In this document: positions 55,859 to 64,000 of the stretch, piece after piece
Layout: every line of letters starts with the position of its first letter
Position numbering within the stretch: the first letter of the stretch is position 1
Assembly: GCA_031365725.1 (NCBI GenBank)
Contig: JANLYQ010000060.1
Coordinates: forward strand, 19,073-83,072
DNA: 64,000 bases
Direction of reading: 5' to 3'
Source: Sporichthyaceae bacterium
GTDB taxonomy: Bacteria > Actinomycetota > Actinomycetes > JACCUZ01
Translations under genes and position numbers: made by a program
The notes under the pieces: model-generated
What the model saw: only the letters and a program-made list of their open reading frames with translations
Told to the model about the DNA's origin: nothing
Database searches by the model: none

Positions 55859-57196
55859 ATGGACAAGCAGCAGGAGTTCGTGCTCCGCTCCCTCGAGGAG
55901 CGGGACATCCGGTTCGTCCGGTTGTGGTTCACCGACGTCCTCGGCTTCCTCAAGTCGGTCGCGGTGGCCCCCGCGGAGCTCGAGGGAGCCTTCGATGAAG
56001 GAATCGGCTTCGACGGCTCCGCCATTGAGGGTTTTGCCCGGGTTGCTGAGTCCGACATGCTCGCCAAGCCCGACCCGGCGACCTTCCAGGTGCTGCCGTG
56101 GCGCTCGGAGTCACCCGGGACCGCCCGGATGTTCTGCGACATCGTGCTGCCCGACGGTGCACCGGCGTACGCCGATCCGCGGCAGGTCCTGAAACGGACT
56201 CTGGCGAAGGCCGCCGACCTGGGTTTCTCGTTCTACACCCACCCCGAGATCGAGTTCTTCCTGTTCAAGGACGCCCCGGCGCGCGGCCAGGCGCCCGTGC
56301 CGGTCGACCAGGGTGGCTACTTCGACCACATCGCCCACGGCATCGGGCACGACTTCCGTCGCGACGCGATCACCATGCTCGAGGCGATGGGCATCTCGGT
56401 GGAGTTCTCTCACCACGAGGGCGCCCCGGGCCAGCAGGAGATCGACCTGCGCTACGCCGACGCGCTGTCGACGGCGGACAACATCATGACGTTCCGGCAC
56501 GTGATGAAGCAGGTCGCGCGCAGCCAGGACGTCTACGCCTCCTTCATGCCCAAGCCGCTCACCGACCACCCCGGCTCCGGCATGCACACACACCTCTCGC
56601 TCTTCGAGGGCGAGCGCAACGCGTTCTTCGAGGCCGGTGCGCCTTACCAGCTGTCCAAGGTGGCTCGGTCCTTCATCGCCGGACTGCTGGTGCACGCGGG
56701 CGAGATCACGGCTGTCACCAACCAGTGGGTCAACTCCTACAAGCGGCTGCTCGGCGGCGGTGAGGCACCGGCTTACGTCTGCTGGGGACACAACAACCGT
56801 TCGGCGATGGTGCGGGTTCCGATGTACAAGCCGGCCAAGGGTCAGTCGACCCGCATCGAGCTGCGCACGCCGGACTCCGCGACCAACCCCTACCTCGCCT
56901 TCGCCGTGATCCTCGGCGCAGGACTCAAGGGCATCGAGGAGGGCTACGAGCTCCCCGAGGGTGCCGAGGACGACGTCTGGGCGCTGACCGACGCCGAGCG
57001 CCAGTCGCTGGGCATCGACGCGCTGCCCACCAACCTGTCCGAGGCGATCCGGCGCATGGAAGGCAGCGAGTTGGTAGCCGAGACCCTCGGCGAGCACGTC
57101 TTCGACTTCTTCCTGCGCAACAAGCGGGCTGAGTGGCTGGACTATCGGCGCCAGGTGACCGCGTTCGAGCTCGACCGCTACCTCTCCGTGCTGTGA
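55859..57196 (+). CDS. glnA: glutamine synthetase type I (GlnA2-like)
   Basis: 445 aa with GS beta-grasp and catalytic domains. Position relative to glnE matches Rv2222c. Confidence 0.9.
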   Translation: MDKQQEFVLRSLEERDIRFVRLWFTDVLGFLKSVAVAPAELEGAFDEGIGFDGSAIEGFARVAESDMLAKPDPATFQVLPWRSESPGTARMFCDIVLPDGAPAYADPRQVLKRTLAKAADLGFSFYTHPEIEFFLFKDAPARGQAPVPVDQGGYFDHIAHGIGHDFRRDAITMLEAMGISVEFSHHEGAPGQQEIDLRYADALSTADNIMTFRHVMKQVARSQDVYASFMPKPLTDHPGSGMHTHLSLFEGERNAFFEAGAPYQLSKVARSFIAGLLVHAGEITAVTNQWVNSYKRLLGGGEAPAYVCWGHNNRSAMVRVPMYKPAKGQSTRIELRTPDSATNPYLAFAVILGAGLKGIEEGYELPEGAEDDVWALTDAERQSLGIDALPTNLSEAIRRMEGSELVAETLGEHVFDFFLRNKRAEWLDYRRQVTAFELDRYLSVL

Positions 57197-57966
57197 CGTC
57201 CGCCGGTCCAGCTGTCACTCCCGTGCCGCGCGTGCTCGTGGTGCAGCACGAGCCCTCCACCGGACCGGGCTTCTTCGGCACCTGGCTGCCCGAGGCCGGC
57301 GTCGAGTTGGAGGTGTGCCACCCGTACCTCGGCGACCCGTTGCCCTCGTTGTCGTCGTACGACGGCATGCTGGTCCTCGGCGGGGCGATGGGCCCCAGCG
57401 ACGACGGCGCCTGCCCGTGGCTGCCCGGGACTCGCGAGCTGCTGGCGTTGGCCGTCGCGCAGCGGTTGCCGACGTTCGGCATCTGCCTCGGTGCCGAGCT
57501 GCTCGTGCTCGCCTGCGGCGGGTCGGTGCGCCGTGGCGTGCAAGGCCCCGAGCTCGGTGTGCTGCCGATCCGGCTCGAGCCGGGGGCCGCCGACGACCCG
57601 GTGTTCGCCGCCGTCGCCGACGGGACCCGGGTGCTGCAGTGGCACTGGGAGGAGATGTCCGAGCTGCCCGCGGGCGCTGAGCTGCTGGCGACGTCGGCGG
57701 CCTACCGGCACCAGGTCTTCCGGGTGGGCAGCGCCGCCTGGGGAGTGCAGGGACATCCCGAGGTCACCGGCGACATCGCCGACGCGTGGGCGGGCGAGGA
57801 CACCGGTCTGCTGGCGACGGAAGGCATAGCCCCGGACGACCTCGTCGCCCAGGTGCGCGACGCGGAGGCCGGGCTGGCGGCTGCCTGGGCGCCGGTCGCG
57901 CGAGGCTTTGCTGCGGTCGTGGCGGCGCATGCCGCCGGCCCGGTCGCGACGGGCGGTCGCCGATAG
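57193..57966 (+). CDS. class I glutamine amidotransferase-like protein
   Basis: GATase1 catalytic Cys context (GICLGAELL) and HPE motif. GTGA overlap with the glnA2 stop. Confidence 0.7.
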   Translation: MTSAGPAVTPVPRVLVVQHEPSTGPGFFGTWLPEAGVELEVCHPYLGDPLPSLSSYDGMLVLGGAMGPSDDGACPWLPGTRELLALAVAQRLPTFGICLGAELLVLACGGSVRRGVQGPELGVLPIRLEPGAADDPVFAAVADGTRVLQWHWEEMSELPAGAELLATSAAYRHQVFRVGSAAWGVQGHPEVTGDIADAWAGEDTGLLATEGIAPDDLVAQVRDAEAGLAAAWAPVARGFAAVVAAHAAGPVATGGRR

Positions 57967-57975
57967 CGTGGCGGC

Positions 57976-60975
57976 GTGACGCCGACCCGTGGGAGCACGG
58001 CCAGCGCGCGGCTGGCCCGCCTGGGCTTCACCGAGCCGGATCGGGCCGGCGCCGTCCTGTCGGGTGACGTCCTGGCGGGAGTCACCGAGGAGGGGCTCGA
58101 CGACCTGCTCGCCGAGCTGGCCCAGACCGCCGACCCGGACGCTGCTCTGGCGCGCCTCGAGAAGCTCGCCGCGGCCACGATCGCCGTCGGCGACGACACC
58201 TTGCTCGGCGCGTTGGCGGCCGACCCGTTGCTCCGGCGACGGTTGCTGGCGGTGCTGGGGGCGAGCCAGGCGTTGGCCGAGCACCTGGCGGCCCGCCCTG
58301 CGTCGTGGCGGCTGCTGGAGCGCGAGGTCGACGTCCGGCCCAGCGCGGCCGGACTGCGACATGCCCTGCTGGTCGGCGTACAAGCTGATCCCGACGCGGA
58401 CCACCCGGTGACCACTGCTGGTGTCGCCGCGGCCACCGACCTGCTGCGCCTGACCTACCGCGACCAGCTGCTGGGGCTGGCCGCACGCGACGTCGGGGAG
58501 GGTGCCGACGTCGGTGACGTGGCCGCCGAGCTCGCGGACCTCGCCGGCGCGACGTTGGAGGCGGCGCTCGCCATCGCTCGCGCCGAGGCCGGAGCCGGCG
58601 CGGTCCGATACCGGCTCGCCGTGGTCGCCATGGGCAAGTGCGGCGGCCGCGAGCTCAACTACGCGAGCGACGTTGACGTGATCTTCGTGGCCGAACCGGT
58701 CGACAGCGACGATGCGGCAGCGCTGAAGGCCGCCACCACCGTGGCTGCGGCGATGATGCGGGTCTGCTCGGCGACCACCGGTGAGGGCACGATCTGGCCG
58801 GTCGACGCGGCACTCCGTCCCGAAGGCAAGGCCGGTCCGCTGGTGCGCACGCTGGCGAGCCATGTGGCCTACTACGAGCGCTGGGCCCGCACGTGGGAGT
58901 TCCAGGCGATACTCAAAGCCCGTCCGATCGCCGGCGACCTCGTCCTCGGGAAGGCGTACGTCGACGCGGTGGCGCCGATGGTCTGGCGGGCAGCCGAGCG
59001 GCCGGGGTTCGTCGACGAGGTGCAACAGATGCGTCGTCGGGTCGAGGGCACCCTCTCTCCCTCAGCGAGCCACCGTGAGCTCAAGCTCGGTCCCGGCGGA
59101 CTACGCGACGTGGAGTTCGCGGTCCAGCTTCTCCAGCTCGTGCACGGCCGCAGCGATCCCGGACTGCGCAGCCCCAACACGTTGGAGGCGTTGGAGGACC
59201 TGTCGACCTACGGCTACGTCGGGCGCGACGACGCCGGCGAGCTGGACCGGGCCTACCGCTTCCTGCGCACGGTGGAGCACCGGTTGCAGCTCGAGCGACT
59301 GCGGCGCACCCACGTCATGCCCGAGACCGAGGACGAGCTGCGACGGCTGGGCCGCTCTCTCGGGCTGCGCACCGACCCCGTCGGCGAGCTGCATGCGCGG
59401 TGGCGGCTGCATGCCCGTGAGGTGCGCCGCCTGCACGAGAAGCTGTTCTACCGCCCGCTGCTCTCGTCCGTGGCGCGGCTGGCCACCGACGAGGCCCGGC
59501 TCACGCCGGCCGCCGCTAGCTCCCGCCTGGAGGCACTGGGCTATCTCGACCCACCCGGTGCCCTGCGCCACCTCGAGGCGTTGACGGCGGGGGTCAGCCG
59601 GCGGGCGGCCATCCAGCGGACGCTGCTTCCGGTGCTGCTCGGCTGGTTCGCCGACGCGCCCGACCCCGACGGCGGTCTCCTGGCCTTCCGCCGCCTCAGC
59701 GACGCGCTGGGGACCACCCACTGGTACCTCCGCCTCCTCCGCGACGAGGGCCTGGTCGCGCATCGCCTGGCCCTGTTGCTGGCCAGCAGCCGATATGCGG
59801 TCGACCTGCTGGCGCTGGCTCCTGACGCGGTGCGGCTGCTCGCTGACGACGAGTCCCTCGCACCCCGCAGCCGGGCCGACCTGGCCTCTGAGGTGGCGGT
59901 TGCCACCGGTCGCCACGAGGACCCTGCGACGGCGGTCGGCATCGCCCGGGCCGTACGCCGCCGCGAGCTGTTCCGCGTCGCAGCCGCGGACCTGCTCGGC
60001 CTCGTCACGGTAGAGCAGGTCGAAGAGGCCCTGACCGACGTGGCCGCCGTCACCGTTCAGGGCGCCTTGGACGTCGCGGTGCGCGCCGTCGAGGCGGCCC
60101 GGGGTGCGCCCCTGCCCACGCGGGTCGCTGTGATCGCGATGGGGCGCTTCGGCGGCCGTGAGCTCGGCTATGCAAGCGACGCGGACGTCCTCTTCGTGCA
60201 CGACCCACTCGCCGGGGCCGACGAGCGCGCCGCCTCCGAGGCGGCGCACGCCGTGGTGGGCGAGCTGCGGCGGCTGCTGGCTGTGCCCTCACCCGACCCG
60301 CCGCTGGTCGTCGACGCGGACCTGCGGCCCGAGGGCCGGCAAGGGCCGCTGGTGCGCAGCCTGGCGTCCTACGACGCCTATTACCGCCGCTGGTCGCTGG
60401 TGTGGGAGAGCCAGGCGCTGCTGCGGGCCGAGCCGGTGGCCGGAGACTCCGAGCTGGGGCAGCGGTTCGTGGCGCTGGTCGAACCGATCCGCTACCGCGT
60501 CGGCGGCCTCGACGAGGCGCAGGTCCGCGAGGTACGCCGGGTCAAGGCTCGGGTGGAGGCTGAGCGGCTGCCCCGCGGCGTCGACCCCCGGCGCAACACC
60601 AAGCTCGGGCCCGGGGGGCTCGCCGACGTCGAGTGGACGGTGCAGCTGCTGCAGCTGCGACACGCCGCCGATCTGCCCGGTCTGCGCACCACCCGCACGC
60701 TGCCCGCACTCGCAGCGGCTGGCGTGGCGGGGCTGCTCACACCTGCGCAGGTGCGGGTGCTGGCGCACGCCTGGCGCACCGCGAGCAGGGTGCGAAACGC
60801 GGCGCTGCTGGTGCGCGGCCGGCCGGGGGACACCGTGCCCACGGACCTGCGTGAGCTCACCGGCACGGCGCGAGTTCTCGGTTACCCTCCGGGCGCGGCA
60901 GAAACGTTGGTGGACGACTACCGGCGGGCGACCCGACGGGCCAGAACGGTGGTGGAGCAGGTGTTCTACCGATGA
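57976..60975 (+). CDS. glnE: bifunctional glutamine synthetase adenylyltransferase / adenylyl-removing enzyme
   Basis: 999 aa with two nucleotidyltransferase domains (two GxGxxGxxELxxxSDxD-like motifs: GKCGGRELNYASDVD and GRFGGRELGYASDAD). Confidence 0.9.
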   Translation: MTPTRGSTASARLARLGFTEPDRAGAVLSGDVLAGVTEEGLDDLLAELAQTADPDAALARLEKLAAATIAVGDDTLLGALAADPLLRRRLLAVLGASQALAEHLAARPASWRLLEREVDVRPSAAGLRHALLVGVQADPDADHPVTTAGVAAATDLLRLTYRDQLLGLAARDVGEGADVGDVAAELADLAGATLEAALAIARAEAGAGAVRYRLAVVAMGKCGGRELNYASDVDVIFVAEPVDSDDAAALKAATTVAAAMMRVCSATTGEGTIWPVDAALRPEGKAGPLVRTLASHVAYYERWARTWEFQAILKARPIAGDLVLGKAYVDAVAPMVWRAAERPGFVDEVQQMRRRVEGTLSPSASHRELKLGPGGLRDVEFAVQLLQLVHGRSDPGLRSPNTLEALEDLSTYGYVGRDDAGELDRAYRFLRTVEHRLQLERLRRTHVMPETEDELRRLGRSLGLRTDPVGELHARWRLHAREVRRLHEKLFYRPLLSSVARLATDEARLTPAAASSRLEALGYLDPPGALRHLEALTAGVSRRAAIQRTLLPVLLGWFADAPDPDGGLLAFRRLSDALGTTHWYLRLLRDEGLVAHRLALLLASSRYAVDLLALAPDAVRLLADDESLAPRSRADLASEVAVATGRHEDPATAVGIARAVRRRELFRVAAADLLGLVTVEQVEEALTDVAAVTVQGALDVAVRAVEAARGAPLPTRVAVIAMGRFGGRELGYASDADVLFVHDPLAGADERAASEAAHAVVGELRRLLAVPSPDPPLVVDADLRPEGRQGPLVRSLASYDAYYRRWSLVWESQALLRAEPVAGDSELGQRFVALVEPIRYRVGGLDEAQVREVRRVKARVEAERLPRGVDPRRNTKLGPGGLADVEWTVQLLQLRHAADLPGLRTTRTLPALAAAGVAGLLTPAQVRVLAHAWRTASRVRNAALLVRGRPGDTVPTDLRELTGTARVLGYPPGAAETLVDDYRRATRRARTVVEQVFYR

Positions 60976-62294
60976 CCGAGATCGACCTTGCCCCCGCCGT
61001 GCCGGTCGCTGACGGTGCAGCCGTGCCGCCCGAGGACTCTGCGCCCGATCCGCGTCCGGTGCGCTACCGCGACGTCGTCCGGCACCCGGAGTTCCGCGGT
61101 CTGCTGATCGCCCAGGTGGCCAGCGAGTGGGGCGACCACATCGCGCGGGTCGCTCTCGCGTCGTTGGTGCTGACCCGCACCGACAGTGCCTTCCTGGCCG
61201 TGCTCGCTTTCGTCGCCAGCTTCGTCCCGGCGGTGTTCGGTTCGGCCGTGCTGGGCGCGGCCGCCGACCGGATGCCTCGCAAGGTCGTGCTCATCGGTTG
61301 CGACCTCAGCCGAGCGGGCGTGATCCTGGTCCTCGCAGCACTGGCGGTCCCGAGCACACCGGTCTGGGCGTTGCTGCTGCTCCTGCTGGTCGCCGAAGTC
61401 TTCAGCGCGCCGTTCGACGCGACGCACCGCGCCATCGTCCCCGACGTCCTCCCCGACCCTCGGGAGTGCCTCGTCGGCAGCGGCCTGCTGCGCCTCGTCA
61501 ACCAGGTCGACCAGGTCGCCGGCATCGCCGTGGCCGGGCTGGTCGTCGTCCTGCTGGGGGAGCGCGCCGGTCTGCTGCTCGACTCGGTCAGCTTTCTTTT
61601 CTCAGCCGCCGTGCTGGCGGCCGCGTTGCACTGGCGCCCTGCGGCCCGGCAAGGAGGGGCACGCTCGACGCTGGTCGGTGACCTGCGCTCGGGCTGGCGA
61701 CTGGTCTTCGACGACCCGTCGCTGCGGGCGCTGGTGCTGCTCGGCTGGGGTGCCGCCGTCTTCCTCGTCGCGCCCGAGGCGGTGGCACTCGCCTACGCGC
61801 GCAGTCACGGCGCCGACCAGGTCGTGGGTGCCGCGCTGCTCGCCTCGCTGCCTGCCGGGGCGGCCATCGGTGCCTGGCTGGTCTCCCGGCAGCCGCCGAT
61901 GCGTCAGATCCGCTCGATCCTGCCGCTGGCGGTGGGGGCCTGCATCCCGTTGTTGGTGACCAGCCTCAACCCGCCATGGCAGCTGGTGCTGCCGCTGTGG
62001 TTCGTGTCGGGCGCCTCGCAGGGCTTCATGATCCCGTTGCTCACCACGGTCAACCTGGTGAGCCCGGCCGACATGCGCGGGCGCATCAACGGACTGGCCG
62101 GCGCGGGTTTCTCGCTCATCACGGCCGCGACGTTCCTGGCAGCAGGGGCAGCGGCCGACCTGGCCAGTCCGGCGGTGGCGGTCACGGCAGCCGCGGTCAT
62201 CGGACTCGCCCTGGTCGGTGTTGCGGCGTGGGCGTGGCCGCACGGCGAGCTGCGTCGCACGGCCACCCGGGTCTATCACCTCGACGAGTCCTGA
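60972..62294 (+). CDS. MFS transporter
   Basis: 12-TM major facilitator. ATGA overlap with the glnE stop. Confidence 0.8.
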   Translation: MTEIDLAPAVPVADGAAVPPEDSAPDPRPVRYRDVVRHPEFRGLLIAQVASEWGDHIARVALASLVLTRTDSAFLAVLAFVASFVPAVFGSAVLGAAADRMPRKVVLIGCDLSRAGVILVLAALAVPSTPVWALLLLLLVAEVFSAPFDATHRAIVPDVLPDPRECLVGSGLLRLVNQVDQVAGIAVAGLVVVLLGERAGLLLDSVSFLFSAAVLAAALHWRPAARQGGARSTLVGDLRSGWRLVFDDPSLRALVLLGWGAAVFLVAPEAVALAYARSHGADQVVGAALLASLPAGAAIGAWLVSRQPPMRQIRSILPLAVGACIPLLVTSLNPPWQLVLPLWFVSGASQGFMIPLLTTVNLVSPADMRGRINGLAGAGFSLITAATFLAAGAAADLASPAVAVTAAAVIGLALVGVAAWAWPHGELRRTATRVYHLDES

Positions 62295-62390
62295 CACGCC
62301 CGGCCGGCACGGCTGTTGTCCGGGTTCCGGGCGCCTTCGCGCCGAGTGGGCCAGACTGCTCACCCGAGATCCCATCAGGAGCACACACTC

Positions 62391-63722
62391 ATGAGTCTGT
62401 CCCCGCTGCCCCGTCGGCTGGCCCGCACCGCCGCTCGTCTGCCGGTCGTCGGCGGCGCCCTCGCGCTCGCCTTGGCAGCCACGATGCTGCCGGCGACACC
62501 AGCGCAGGCCCTGTCCTACCGCATCGACAAGCGCTTCTTCGGCGTGCACGACACCAACCCTTCCTCGGCCTCGTGGCCGGCCCTCTCGGCGGGTTCGCTG
62601 CGCCTGTGGGACGCGGGCGTGCGTTGGGCCGACATCGAGACCGCGCCGGGTGTCTTCGACTTCGCCCGGCTGGACGACATCGTGCGCGCGGCCAAGTTGC
62701 ACAACGTCGAGCTCACCCTGGTGCTGGGTCAGACCCCGTCCTTCTACGGCGCGAGCACGTCGGCGATGCCGGACATGACAGCGTGGACCTCGTACGTGCG
62801 GGCGGTCGTCACGCGCTACAGCCCTGCGGTCTGGGGCTACCGCGGCATCGCGGCTTACCAGGTGTGGAACGAGGCCAATGTCACGAGCTACTGGACGGGC
62901 ACCCCGATCCAGATGGCCCAGCTCACGCGGGCGGCGTACGGCACCGTGAAGACGGTCGACCCGGGCGCGCTGGTGATCGGGCCGGCCTTCGCTGCGCGCA
63001 TCGCCGAGCAGACCCGCGGCATCGGCTTCTTCTACTACATCCGCTTGGACGGAGTGCCGATCTGGCGCTCGCTCGACGCCATCGCACTGAACCTCTACCC
63101 GTTGGCGCGCTATCCCGACGGCTCACTCGGGACTCCGGAGAAGTCGATGTCGATCCTGGCCTCGACGCGCTACCAGATGCAGCTCCGTGGTGTGCCTGCG
63201 TCCAAGCCGATCTGGAACACCGAGATCAACTACGGTCTTGCCACCGGGGGCAGCGGCGCGTCCAACGCCATGACCGCCGACCGGCAGGCTGCCTACGTCC
63301 TGCGGACCTATCTGCTCAATGCGGCCAACGGCATCCGGCGCGTGGACTGGTATGCCTGGGACCGACCCGACCTCGGCAACACCAAGCTGTCCTCTCCCGG
63401 TGCCACCTCCGACGCTCTGTCGAAGACGTTGGCCGGCAGGGCCTTCGAGCTCGCTCAGGCGTGGCTGGTCGGCGGCAAGCTGGCCGGGGCGAGAGCCACG
63501 GCCAAGCCGTGCGCCAAGGATCGGGCCGGCACCTACACCTGCGTGATCACGTACCCTGGCGGCGTGCGGCGCGTCTACTGGAACCCCACCCGCACCGTCG
63601 CCGTGACCACCGCCAAGACCGCCACGTTCATGGTGGGGGTCTACGGTAAGCGGACGGCCATCAAGGGTGGGTCCCGCAAGACGGTGGACTTCCACCCGCT
63701 CATGGTCCGCTCGAAGTCCTGA
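62391..63722 (+). CDS. secreted clan GH-A (TIM-barrel) glycoside hydrolase-like protein
   Basis: Signal peptide. Conserved NEAN (acid/base) and NTEINY (nucleophile) segments. An AGGAG RBS lies 9 nt upstream of the ATG. Confidence 0.6.
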   Translation: MSLSPLPRRLARTAARLPVVGGALALALAATMLPATPAQALSYRIDKRFFGVHDTNPSSASWPALSAGSLRLWDAGVRWADIETAPGVFDFARLDDIVRAAKLHNVELTLVLGQTPSFYGASTSAMPDMTAWTSYVRAVVTRYSPAVWGYRGIAAYQVWNEANVTSYWTGTPIQMAQLTRAAYGTVKTVDPGALVIGPAFAARIAEQTRGIGFFYYIRLDGVPIWRSLDAIALNLYPLARYPDGSLGTPEKSMSILASTRYQMQLRGVPASKPIWNTEINYGLATGGSGASNAMTADRQAAYVLRTYLLNAANGIRRVDWYAWDRPDLGNTKLSSPGATSDALSKTLAGRAFELAQAWLVGGKLAGARATAKPCAKDRAGTYTCVITYPGGVRRVYWNPTRTVAVTTAKTATFMVGVYGKRTAIKGGSRKTVDFHPLMVRSKS

Positions 63723-63751
63723 CACCGACACCCTCGGGGATCCCTCACTGA

Positions 63752-64000
63752 TGACTCGCTCTGCTGCCTCTGTCCTGCCCGCACGCACCATGCTGCGCCG
63801 GCTCCTGGCGGTCCTCGCCGCGGTCGCGCTCGGCACGATGCTGGTGCCCGCCACCTCTGCCTCTGCGGCGTCGCCGCGCATCACCGCGCCGTTCTTCGGG
63901 ATGCACGACGGCGACCCGGTCAGCTGGCCGACCTCGCCGGTGGGGTCGATCCGGCTCTGGGACTCCGGGGTCACCTGGAAGCAGATCGAGACTCAGCCTG
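63752..64000 (+). CDS. paralogous secreted glycoside hydrolase-like protein (partial, runs off the window end)
   Basis: N-terminus MTRSAASVLPARTMLRRLLAVLAAVALG...FFGMHD parallels the previous gene. Confidence 0.45.

Overview
High-GC (about 70%) actinobacterial chromosomal segment, mostly core metabolism. Gene order closely follows the Mycobacterium tuberculosis Rv2220-Rv2248 neighbourhood, here running right to left: glnE, glnA2, panB, map, ahpE, DUF3052, aceE, a MabR/FasR-like PucR regulator, fabD, acpP, kas, accD6. Unlike M. tuberculosis there is a Streptomyces-like fabH between fabD and acpP. Two stable RNA genes are present, tRNA-Val(TAC) and RNase P RNA (rnpB). The most unusual region is a roughly 4.1 kb islet inserted at the 3' end of rnpB and bounded by a 33-bp direct repeat of that 3' end. 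It carries a translationally coupled AAA+ ATPase / TPR-membrane protein pair, a C-terminal remnant of a tyrosine integrase, and an XRE-HTH / AbiEii-like nucleotidyltransferase toxin-antitoxin pair. Immediately to its right is a tightly coupled 5-gene operon: a membrane protein, DoxX, a TusA-like protein, a DsrE-like protein, and a TusA-radical SAM fusion. This looks like an undescribed sulfur-relay / radical-SAM system. Other notable items are a FabD with a degenerate biotinyl-like C-terminal domain; a class III adenylate cyclase fused to an extracytoplasmic beta-propeller plus SBP family-5 domain; a MacAB-like ABC efflux operon whose adaptor has an expanded repetitive coiled coil; a perfect (GCCAGAGG)6 microsatellite in a promoter next to an HNH (REP13E12-like) gene remnant; and a small SAWN-repeat secreted peptide divergent from glnA2. 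Many long ORFs in the six-frame track are antisense or out-of-frame artefacts of the high GC and were rejected. Hand-derived start coordinates may be off by 1 nt in places because the printed line offsets disagree slightly with the ORF-track coordinates.
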